DNA of 64,000 nt from Vicugna vicugna (GCA_013265495.1 MU058844.1:2273520-2337519), one strand, 5' to 3'; positions 13,421-24,429 are shown, counted from the first letter of the stretch. Notes: generated by a model not told the origin, from the sequence alone. A program made the numbers and translations.

Positions 13421-13813
13421 TCGTTTCGTGTACAATGAAAAGAAGGTCCCAGGAGTTAAAAGGAGCTCATACTGGCCACAAGGTAAGGTGTGGGGCACAG
13501 TTTTCTGACGCCAGGGGCTTTCTCTTTACACACCCCCCCCCAAAGGTGTAGGATATTGTTTTTCAAAACACATGTTCCCCACCCCTCAACGCCCCACCTC
13601 GGGGTTCAGCTGAAGGTCCATTTTCTACTACCCCAAAACTCAAGGTGGTACAAATAAACTGCCTTAAGCGTTTCTTAACACGGGCAGCACAAATTCAGCC
13701 TCTGCCTTTTTCTTCCTCCCTCAAAAACTGCGTCACAAGGCCCCTGAGAATGTTCACGGGGCACCTCGTTCTAGGCGGAACCTGCCTCACCGCATGGAAG
13801 AACGACCTCGACT

Positions 13814-13910
13814 CCAATTGGCTGTCGCCCAGGGCAACCAAGGATGCGGGGGGCACGCGGGGGCTCCGGCCGGTATTTAAAGGCTGCCGCCGCCCGCCGC
13901 ACCTCAGTCC
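13814..13910 (+). promoter_or_regulatory. CCER1: CCER1 core promoter: CCAAT box, RFX X-box, TATA-like box and Inr
   Basis: CCAATTGG 13814-13821, GTCGCCCAGGGCAAC 13824-13838, TATTTAAA 13874-13881, and TCAGTCC 13904-13910 with its A 32 nt after the TATA start. There is no ATG between this point and 14323. Confidence 0.65.
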
Positions 13911-14322
13911 AGCCAGGACGGTGACGGGGAAGCACCTGGGTTGAGAGGGAGCAGCAAGGTAACGCGCACCCCCTGCCTCCCTGTCCCCAGCCCACGCCTC
14001 CACCGAGGCGGGTGTGTGTGGGGCCCGGGAGCAGGTCTCACTGCGCGTCACCCACCAACACCTTCCTCCCCCCACCATCCTTACCCAGCCCTAGTCCCAC
14101 CCAACCCACTTGGGCGAGGCCACCCGGGTGCGAAGAACCAGAAATTAAGCTTCCGAGCGAGGAGAGAAGAGGGGTCCTTCTGTAGAGAAAGGCGTGATCC
14201 TAGTGGCAGACACGTGGTGCTGCACAGAGAGACAAGGCTCCTCAGACCGTCGTCAGATCTGGCCAAACTTGACGACAGCTTCCAGGACGCTTCTATTTAG
14301 ACCTCTTGGAGCTCTCTGAATC

Positions 14323-15573
14323 ATGACCCAGACCCTCAACACAAGAGAGGACCCTCTTAACCTGGGTGGTGGCTGGGCATCCTCTGCCCCGTTACGCACC
14401 TGGTCTTCCTGCCACCGAAGGCGCAGGGGTGCTCCGACTTACAAGCGGCGGCAAGGCCGCTATTGCCCCAAGGCCGAGTATGAGCCCCCAAGGAAACAGC
14501 CAAAGCAACAGCACGGCCCCGGCCCTTGGTACCACCCACCCCGACGTCCCTGTTGGGCCCTGTATTCTAACTGGGGACGCTGGGGAGGGCCTTGGTGCCC
14601 ACCTCCAGCAGGATTCTGGAAGCCCCCTGGCGGGGTGCAAGTGATCCGGGTATATGGCCTGCACCCACTCTGCCTTTGCTGCTGCTCCTGCTGGCGCGGG
14701 CCCTGGAACCCCGGCTGGCCGAGGCCTCCCGGCAGGAAGAAGCGCTGGGGCCGCTGGGGCCGCTGGGGCCGCTGGGGAGTGTGAGGCCGCGGCCTGCGCC
14801 GCCACCCTCGCCGCCCCTTTCGGAGGAGCCCGCCTGTGGATCTGAGCACGCTGCTGCGGCCGGTCAACCTGTATGGGTGGCGGGCACCCGGCATGCGGGC
14901 GCCGCGCAACACCACCCAGTTCATCATGAACCAAATCTACGAAGACATGCGGCAGCAGGAGAAGCTGGAGCGCCAGCAGGAGGCACTGCGGGCGCAGCAG
15001 GCCCAGGCCAGCGGCATGGCCTCCCCGGCCGGCACCTTTGGAAACGCACCCCCCAGCGGTGGCGAGGAAGACGCGGAGCTGCAGGAAGCTTTTGTGCAGA
15101 ATCCCTCTCTAGTCTTCAGTCCTGACCTGGAAGAGGAAAATCAGTCTCCCACCCCTCGACAGCTGGAAGAGGAAGAGGAGAGAAATGAGGAGGAGGAGGA
15201 GGAGGAGTGTGACGAGGAGTTAGATGGAAAGGAGTTGGAGAGCGATGAGGAGGATGAAGAGTCAGATACCAAGGATGAAGAGGAGGTGGAAGAGGCTGAC
15301 TATGTGGGGGAGGAGGAGGAGGAGGAGGAAGACGAGGAGGAAGACGAGGAAGAGGAGGAGCAGGAGGAGGAGGAGATGGAAGAGGAAGAGGAGGGGCTGC
15401 AGGAGGATGAGCAGAGGGAGGAAGAGAATCATTTGCCTCTGGAAATGCCTTTATCAATCCTAGTGGGGGCTGAAGAAGAGAGAGAGAACTTTATTAACTG
15501 TACTTATTTAAGCCCCCAACAGCTAATTCCCGAAGTCCCACAGGAAGGTCTCCTCATGGTACAGGACATTTAA
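14323..15573 (+). CDS. CCER1: Coiled-coil domain-containing glutamate-rich protein 1, single coding exon. The frame is interrupted by an in-frame TGA at codon 154 (possible pseudogene, null allele or assembly error).
   Basis: ORFs 14323-14784 (MTQTLNTREDPLNLGGG...LCCCSCW...PPGRKKRWGR) and 14836-15573 (...APRNTTQFIMNQIYEDMRQQEK...poly-E...HLPLEMPLSI) are in the same frame (offset 513 = 171x3) and together match CCER1. Position just downstream of EPYC on the same strand fits known synteny. Start context is atcATG. Confidence 0.93.
14743..14778 (+). repeat. 9-bp tandem repeat (CGCTGGGGC)x4 within CCER1
   Basis: Copies at 14743, 14752, 14761 and 14770 (the last ends in A). Encodes (RWG)4. Confidence 0.95.
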
Positions 15574-15675
15574 CTGTTAGACATCAGGAAAGGGGCAGAG
15601 GAATGGGATGGAACTGATATGAGGCTAAAATGATTTAGCAGCTTATTAAAGACCAATTAAAAAGTGAGTTCCATT

Positions 15676-15681
15676 AATAAA
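15676..15681 (+). terminator. CCER1: Proximal CCER1 polyadenylation signal candidate
   Basis: AATAAA about 100 nt after the stop, followed by a GT-rich element (tggtgtgtttgtgtatg, ~15731). Distal AATAAA sites also occur at 16408 and 16671. Confidence 0.55.
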
Positions 15682-18600
15682 GATATCTATGTAAACCCCT
15701 TCTTTGGCCATTATAAAATGTTTAAAAACTTGGTGTGTTTGTGTATGACTGTGGGTGGGGGTGGGGGAGCTTTCCAATATAATTTAACTGGAAATGATTA
15801 AAGGCCAAATATTTTATTATTACAGTTTGAATATTTTCATTTGGTGTTTTCCCCTCTAGATGCTTGAGGTTTTTTGTTTTTTAAATTCTGGCAATGCTGA
15901 AACCTGTTTCTTTTTATAACAAATGTATACACCTTAGTTACTTAATGAGCCTGGAATCAACAGATATTTTTTGACTGTTTCATGCCTGAGAAGGCTGTGC
16001 CATGTCTATTGTATGTCCATCAGTGATCTTAACATGATAGCTGAAACCATTTTGAAATGCCTATTTTAATATATTTTTTTTCTTGTAGACTTTCCACTTT
16101 CAGCATTCATTGCTGATGGTTGTGTTTTGGTAACCCCATCTGCAGTCTCTGGTGGCATTGCTCATGTATATTCCTTGTTCCACAGTACTATGGATCTTCC
16201 TCAGAAGAACATGAAGTTGCTTCTGTGGAACTGGTTATCTGCCATGGCCTCAACAATCCATAAATCCATGCATGGAGAGGATTCCCCATGGTCAGAAGTC
16301 AACTTGCCCATCTAGTTAAAATCCAAGGTAACTGCAAACACTGGAACAGAGCTTAGATTTTGGAGCCTTGTTCCTAGATACATTTCTTGTCATAAGTTCA
16401 CAAGAATAATAAAAATAGTTTTTGCAGAATGGATTTTTAAAAAAAAAAAAAGATGATTGGCCTTTTGGGAGTGGAATTTTTTTAAATTTCTTTTCCAGTT
16501 GTCTTCCTTATAAAGGAGAGTAAAACAAGTATGTTGTAAGTGCAAGATGACATGAGCTACTTTGTAATGTCTAAACAATTTCCTGTGGAGAATTCATCAT
16601 TCTAAATAACAGTTTCTATTCATTTTTAGGAAGTAATGCATTTCTTCTTGGGCCCTGAGTCTCATAACTTAATAAAGGTTCCAGCCACAGTATATTTCCA
16701 GAACAACTCTAGATGAAGAATTTGAGCCTGTCTTCCCCAAAATTACATCTTTTGACAAACTGTACTTCTAGGTAGAGCTTGAACCACTATTCAGTATTTA
16801 GTGAGGAGATTTTATCCATGACACTCAATCACTAAATTTTAAGTATGTTCTTATTAAAGAAACACTTTCATTTAGGATTGAACTTTTTCACAATTACATC
16901 TGGACAATTCTCAAGTTATTCTTACGAAAGATTCCACTTTTCCATTACAGAATTCAGCACACATTAATTGCCTCCACGTGCACGCAATATTATCCACTAG
17001 TCCTTGTAAAGGATGTGAACGTGAGCAGCGCCTCAGGAGTTTAGTTCATGGACCACTATTGTTTATAGAACTACTAGGGGCCAAGCGCTGCAAATAGTGA
17101 TAAGGATACAACAGTGAATACGGAAAATCCCCACTCTCACGTTGCTTGCCGTTTAGTCGACAGGACAGACAACTAAAATTAGACAAATTAACTCACTGCA
17201 AAAACTCTGAAAGAAATGCACCATTATGAGTATATATCACAAGGGAACCCAAGAGTGAAGCTGGGGATGTTCACTGGGGGCAGAGGGAGGCTAATAAAGG
17301 CCAGAGTTGGGAGGAGCTTGGGAGAACTCAAGTGCCTCTGAGGAACTGAGGACAGAAGGACCAGAATGTCCTGAAGGAGCAGCCAATGAGCAGTGAGAGA
17401 GGTAGGCAGAACCATATCTGCTCATTGCTGTATTATCCGTATCTTCTGAATAGACACCAGCAAGAATTAATGAAAGGAGAAAACAGTCATCGATGATTCT
17501 CTACCTGAACTCATTTTTTATTATCCAGATAGTGTGATGGTCCCTTTAGTAAGCCTGAAGGCTGATATGAAAAGATGAAATCACGTCGGGGCACAGGAGG
17601 GTTGGTCATCCCAGTACACCTAGTCCACTTTTCAGAGAACTTCCCACCCACTACCACGTGATGACTGGGTCCTCGGGGTTGCTTCTCAGCGTGGTTGGAG
17701 CCCCACGGTTCTCAGCCCCATGGAGACCCTCGCACTACTTGATTCAGGAGTATCAGTGTGTTAGTGTGGCTCTGAATAAACTCAGTCTTTAGCTTCAGAG
17801 GTAAGCACACTTGAAGGAAAATCACAATTTCCTAAAATTCTCATAAAGTTATTTCAAACTTAATGAGTGGACACAATGCTAATGGGGTGTCACTTAGCTA
17901 TGTCTCTCAAGAATGCAGGTATTTTCTTTTCAACTGTCAGAAAAACAACATAAATCATAAATATGTTTAGAAGGCGTAGGCTTGATAAAAATCTTTGGTG
18001 TCTATTCTCGGGTGTTTTTACACTCAGAGATGCTGGTATTTTCCTTTCTAGTGATTGACAGCATTTCTTGATTTATCTTCATTACTTTGTTTCCACAGTA
18101 AATTAAAAGGATTTTTTTTCCCCTGTGAAAATATTAGTCTTCTAAGGATGGTAAATACACTTGACATTTAGAGATCAACTCTGAATTCTGAGTATGGTTT
18201 CATAAAATGTTATAATATCTGCATATGAGGACAAGTCATTCCAACATATTTAGTTCCATTAAAATAAACACAAGAGGTGAAATAACCCAGCTACACCAGA
18301 CCGGCAGAGTCTGGGAAGAAAACAATACAAATAACACCCCATAGGTGGTCTTGGGGCAAGGGAGTGAACAGGATTAAAAAAAAAACAGCTGCTTTAGTTT
18401 AATTTTGATTTTAGGGGTATAATAAAATGATACATGCATCTAAGCTGTTTGTATTTAGACAGGTTCAAATTAATGTAATCACAATTGAAAACTGCTCTTA
18501 ATATTAATGCTCCTGAATCACGTTGGCCTTGATTATCCGTGTATTTAAAGCAAAATCAGAATGTGGCTTAGCTGTTTCAGTACTAGCATTTTTCTGCATC

Positions 18601-19067
18601 TATCTGGGTTTTAGCCAATTAATGGAACATAGCCTGACTTCAAGGTGAGCGGATGGAAGAGAGTCTAGGCATCATCTGTGTGTTGTCACTGCTGCTTGAG
18701 AGACTGATGGCAGAAGTCTTGAGTCTCTGTCATCCTCAAACATAGCTGTCATACCCCATTACCACTCACATCTACCGTGAAGAACAAACAACTGAATATT
18801 TAAGAAGCATTTCATGGTAGACTGTAAATCACTGTTAACCATTATACAAAAACTATGTTTTATAATCAAAATTATCATCTCAGTTACTGAACATTAGGTC
18901 AGTCTAGATTTATTAACAAGACTCAGGAAATCTCATTGCAATTTTGTTGGACTGAGATATCTAGACATTACTGTTGTTATCACTGAACTAAACAGGAACC
19001 AGCTTGTCTTGGAAATTCAGTTTTGGCTTCCATTAAAGAGTGTACAAAGGCAGTGGCCTGGCACCTT

Positions 19068-19232
19068 AATATTGAAAGTATGGTCCAAGAACCAACGGTA
19101 GAGGCACCACCTGACACTTTGTTAGAAATGCCAATGCCCAGGCTCCACCCAGACCTACTGAGTTAGAAGCTGCCTTGCAGAAAGACGTCTAAGTGATATG
19201 CATGCACACTAAAGATGAAGCAGCTCTCTGCT
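19068..19232. mobile_element. MER5A-like hAT-Charlie remnant
   Basis: aaagtatggtcc...tgttagaaatgc...ccaccccagacctactgagttagaa...atgcacactaaag. Confidence 0.7.
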
Positions 19233-21273
19233 TTAGGGGTTTGATTCATTACAGAGCCCTCTTGGGAATTTAATGATTAACATTGAGGTTTGTGGGTTCA
19301 AAATTTTATTTAACACCTGTGTGACTAAGGCATGTTCCTGAAATTCTGGCTTCTTATTTTCCTCATCTGTAGTGTCTATCTATCTCATGGGATTAAATGA
19401 GATTATGATGATTAAATGGGTCAATATTTACCAAACACTCAGAACAGTGATATTTAGTATCTATCAGTTATAATATTTAATAAATGCACACATGAGACCA
19501 TTGACACATTATGTGGTATGTAAAAGTCAGTTTTTAGTAATTAGGGCAACTATAAATGCAATATCTCATGAAATAATTAACAAAATGATTCATTAACTGT
19601 CTTGTTTTCTCTTGGAAAACTGCAATCAGGTATACTACTTTGAATTGCACATATCATAAAGACCAATTAAATCTCTAAAGCTGGATTCATTCCCCAAATA
19701 CACTTTCTGTCCTTTATCTCCTCCCCTTACCACCGGGTCATGATGTTTCCTTTCTTTGTATGGCAAACATTGATACCCTAATAGCTCCTGCTAAGAATTA
19801 CTCACTCAAGTCAAGATCGTCCTTCCCCATACAGGAAAAGCATCTTTTCAAAATCAAAATGCATGTATCATAATGCTTAAAGAAGGTTCTGTCTTATGCT
19901 GCTCCTGATGATAGTGAAAATTCCAATAAATGTTAAAATCCTGTTACAAGTCACTTACGTAGAACATTAGGCTGTTCAGAACAGTGATCTAAAATTTCAA
20001 ACAACATTTAAGCACGTGCAAGATTTTAGCATACATTATCACATATAACCACACTATGAACCAATGCTTTATTTCCCTTTTACAGATGAAGGACCTGAAA
20101 TTAAAAGAAGTAAATGGTTTCAGGACCTAAAGTCTAGGTCCGAAGTTGTGGGTCCACTATATTAATGGAACATATCTCCCTGTTATCTTATTTAAACAAT
20201 CTTTCTAGGAACAAAATTTCCTTTAATAAGCTTGACTTGAGTTCCAAAGACGGTAGAAAAAAAAGAGTCTCTTCAATGTGGGGCTGCACGCCAGGCAATC
20301 AATGGTACCTAAGGAAGGAATACTGATATCTGTGTCTCAATTGTAATTTTTAGTAGTAGTTTAACAGCTTTTATAATTCATATGATGACAATCTGACAAT
20401 TGTTGATTAATACCTTTATGTGTGTGCCAATATACACATATTTGGTAGGAAAAAATATCTGAGTGGAAAAAAATTAGTCTAAGTTATTGTGGCACTAGTC
20501 ATCTATAGTTAAAGCAAAATAAAAATTTTACTTTAGAAAAATATTCGTAAGAAGTTATAGGTGTATAAGATAACTGATTAACATTCATAATGCTAACATA
20601 TCATTGAAGGTTCTGTCTTATGCTAGCCCTAAAGAAAAACTATTGGTATTAGCATCTTCTCATGTTTTCATATGGCATTTGAACTTTCTATAAATGATCG
20701 ACATATCTGTTATCATGAAATATTTGAGTATTCTCTCCTATAAATATATTTAGACTTTTAACATGTCCCTTTTAGTTCTAGTGATTTAAGACTTTAAACT
20801 GGTATTAATTTATCAGTTCTCACAAAAATTGCTACTATATTAGGTAATTCATATGACATTTTTCATTAAATAGCACTCTACAAAAAGCAAAATTAGAATT
20901 CTGCAATATATAATTGTACTTTTTATAATTTCCATTGATTGTAGAATTCCCTTGAGCTGGAAGATTATTATATACAGTGACAAGCTGAGGTCAACACTAA
21001 GTATGTTTACCCCTGCTCCCAGTGGATTTTCCAAAGTCAATGTTAGTTTTTTATTTTTTCCTTAAAAAAAGGGAATATTTTGTTTTCCTTTTGCTTATAA
21101 ATTTTTAATGAATTCCACACTATTTCCTGCAATAAACCCATGACCTCAGAGTATATACTAGCACAAATATTCAAATACAAAACAAAGTTAATAAAACTAA
21201 CTTTCCTTTCTCTCATTTACTTTCTATCTTGCTTCTTATGCAGAACATAAGCTTGACAACTATTAATATTAAG

Positions 21274-21287
21274 GTGCCACCTAGTGG
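21274..21287 (-). promoter_or_regulatory. CTCF motif, reverse
   Basis: Reverse complement reads CCACTAGGTGGCAC, an exact match to the CTCF core in AT-rich unique sequence. Confidence 0.7.
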
Positions 21288-24200
21288 CAAAGGTAAAACA
21301 TTTAAATAAAAACATTAATGATCACTGTGTTCCTATTGTATTTACACATTTGGAGCAGGACAAATGGTACACTGATACATTAAAGGGAGTATTGTAAATG
21401 TGTTGGCACAAAGAATCATATTAAAATATTTATATTGTTTATTTGAATGTGTTCCCATATGCCATGGTGTTTAATAATAGCATCTTTTTGCCCTATGAAT
21501 CTAAGCCATAAATATCAACTATCAAAGTTTGTAAAGGAAGGAGGAAAAACATAGACCCACAAGAGTCCTTGGATTTCTATAGACTGTCATTTATAATAAT
21601 TTTACACTGCAAATGAAAGTTTAAAGGCATTACTACAAGATTCTATTTTGAATTCCCTTTGACATTAACCCCACTAATTAACATTAGCAATCTGTACTGA
21701 CAGTATGTGTGTTTTGCTTTTAATACTGACAACAGAAAAGAAAGTTAATAAATTTGGAATTTATCTTTATATGCTTGAATATTAAATCCAAATTGCTAAA
21801 CTAAATAATGCTTAATGCTTTAATCCTGAGAAATAAAAATGAGACTATATGTCCATTGGCCTAGATTTAAATGCAAGACTTGTGATAGTCAATTACCTCC
21901 TGGGACTTGAGCATCATGTAATTTATTAATGATCACAGCCACTAATAAGAGCAGAATTTGTTAGGGAAAGAGGCAAAACCTGTTTATTTGTACGTCTGGT
22001 ATCCAGAGGATACTTTATACTTTGTTACTGCCTTATTTCCAGCTCTTTCCAGCTGTTTAACCACTTCTATTGGGAGCATAAATCAGTGCTAAGGATTGGC
22101 TCTGCCTCAGACTGAGACAGTTTTCACATTTACAACTTAGTCATGCATTCATCAATCGTCCCAGAGTAGATTCTTCTCTTTATATTTCCCTCACATTCAC
22201 TCCATTAATAATTCCATTATCCTTTGAAAATTATAGCTGTCTGTGATTCTTTTCTGCCTAGAAAAATCTATAGGGTAAGGAACTGATTTTCTATTTCCAG
22301 TGCAGAGTCTTGCATATAAGAAGCCCTCAATAAACAGCTTTAATATAAAAAAATAAAACTACATCTATAAAATGAATTGTGATTATTAGGTAGTTCCAAC
22401 AGGGAAGCATAGTGACTTATTAAGTGCATACTAAAATCACTTTCAGTAGGAAAACATAAAGAAGAGTCAGCAAGGAAGAAGCTGTTAAAGTAGCAGGTAC
22501 CCACATCTCTGGCACCCTGAACTGTGTTATACAATAGACTGGTCCTCACGATAGACAGAGCCTCATAGCAACTGAACACAGAACCTTTTACTGTTAGAAG
22601 AAAGTTTTTGGCTCCAACATGCTGGGTCACAGGATCATGAGTATGAACCTCCTTGATAATGCTCACAGCAATGATTCTCCTCTAAAGTGCACCTGAAAAT
22701 ACATTTTATTATAACTCTGCAACTTAAAATACGTGGTTTAGAAACTTGAAACAGCCAACACTTACTTTATTCCATGTTTAAACCAGCATTTGTTGAGCCC
22801 TTACCCTGTGCCAGGGCCTGGGCTAAAAACATATGCTTAGCTTATCAATGAGAGAGTGGATGCTAAGAGCTATTGAGCACCTTAGCAGAGTCATACAGCT
22901 AGTGGGTGGCAGAGGCTGGAAGCCACACAGTCTGTTTCCTTATAGCATTTACTCTGTGAAGTGGATGGGAGTAGGGTGAAATTTTAAACTCAGTCCAGAT
23001 TATTCAAGGATATAACTCTGAGTCAATATTCAAAGGCAAACGTTTGCAGTCATACTGTGTATTGTAATTCTGTTCTGGAAAAATGCTGAGTCTCAGTAAT
23101 TGATGTCCAAAGGTTCTGTGATAAATTATTTATGGGATGAGAGGTTTCAAAGAGATAAAAGAAGCAAAGTGCAAAGCTGAGCTAGAATATTCACATCATT
23201 AGAGACGTTTCCTGGCCCCTTTCCCTTTTCTTCTAAGGTGAAAGTATAACGCTCACTCTGATTACAGAATTTCTAATTCTCTAAATTAGGAATCATCTGT
23301 CACTAATGGAAGTGGGTGGAAATGAAAAATTGCTAGCTGCTGGCAGGAGAAGAGCCTGAGGGCTGCAACATGGCAGTCACAGTTAGGGGAAAAAAAGTAA
23401 ATACAGTATAAAAAGTAAAGGCAGTAGCCAACAGAACGGGGTCAATTGAAAGCATCTGGGTCTAATGAAGAATCCAAGTGTAAAAGCTGAGAAAGGTTTG
23501 CCGTAAGGAAGGTATCAGGAATTAGAGTAAGAATCTAAATAGGAAATGTGGATGAAACAAAAAGAAATAAGAGCTTAGCTAGGAATAATTCTACATAAGG
23601 TATTACAATGCCTGTGTCCTAAGATTACCAACAGACTCAGCCATATGTATGGGCAAAAGAAGGGCATTTACATCTTGGTGTACCTTTAAAGCCCACTTTC
23701 CTTAAAATAGTTTCTACTGGTCAATGGCATGTTCATGGTCTGTCTAGCTAGTGTAAACATCTCACCTTAAGCTTCCGTACACCTTTAGTTTAAGACAAAT
23801 TTTATCCTAATAAGTCATCTATTAGATCTGTATATATCAGTTTAGAGTTAGCAATTAATAATGCCTGATGAATATATTAGCCTGGATTCGTTTATTCAGC
23901 ATGACAAAGTTGCTGCTTTGAGGGAAAGAGGGCCTGTAAAGTAATAGAACAGGGTTAAGATTCACTGGGGATTCAAATAGTGTGATGCATTGATGATGAA
24001 GGTTAGGAGGAGAAAGCTCACTGGATTAGACTACATATGCAAGACAGCTCCACAAGGGTTTTGTTAAAATCCTGGAGGTCAAGTATGTTTTAGAATGCAG
24101 AATTTTTCAGCATTTAGAGTGTTCATTATCATTAGCCATCTTTACATGAAAACTATAGGACACTCAATTTTAGACTCATAACACATCTACTTTGTAAGCA

Positions 24201-24429
24201 CAAGTTAATCTGTGTAAATGAATTTAACATATCTTAGGGGTATTACAAATGGGCTGACGAGATATTTAAATAAGTTTACCAGGCAGTGATCAAATGTCAA
24301 GTTTAGTTATCCAGGTAGATAAATTTACAATCCATCTTAATGTATTTAAGAATCTTTTCTATTCCATTAGCAAAGTTACTACTCATTCCTAAGATATTTA
24401 TGTATAATTATGTGATTATATATGTGTCA

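Larger units (their letters stand above)
13720..15080. promoter_or_regulatory. CpG island over the CCER1 promoter and 5' coding region
   Basis: Sharp rise in GC and CpG density against AT-rich flanks, judged by eye. Confidence 0.8.

Noticed and set aside
14782..14784. TGA as selenocysteine or programmed readthrough
   Set aside because: The TGA lies in an apparently inserted segment rather than at a conserved Cys. The context is TGA-GGC, not the leaky TGA-CTAG, and I could not see a convincing SECIS in the proximal 3' UTR. Not formally excluded without a SECIS search.
14781..14825. Micro-intron (GTGAGG...cctttcggAG) that would remove the stop in frame
   Set aside because: At 45 nt it is below the usual mammalian minimum intron size, and it would delete the conserved-looking GRGLRRHPR segment.
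13645..15463. Many overlapping alternative-frame and antisense ORFs across the CpG island
   Set aside because: Expected from stop-codon scarcity in GC-rich and GAG-repeat sequence. No recognisable protein.
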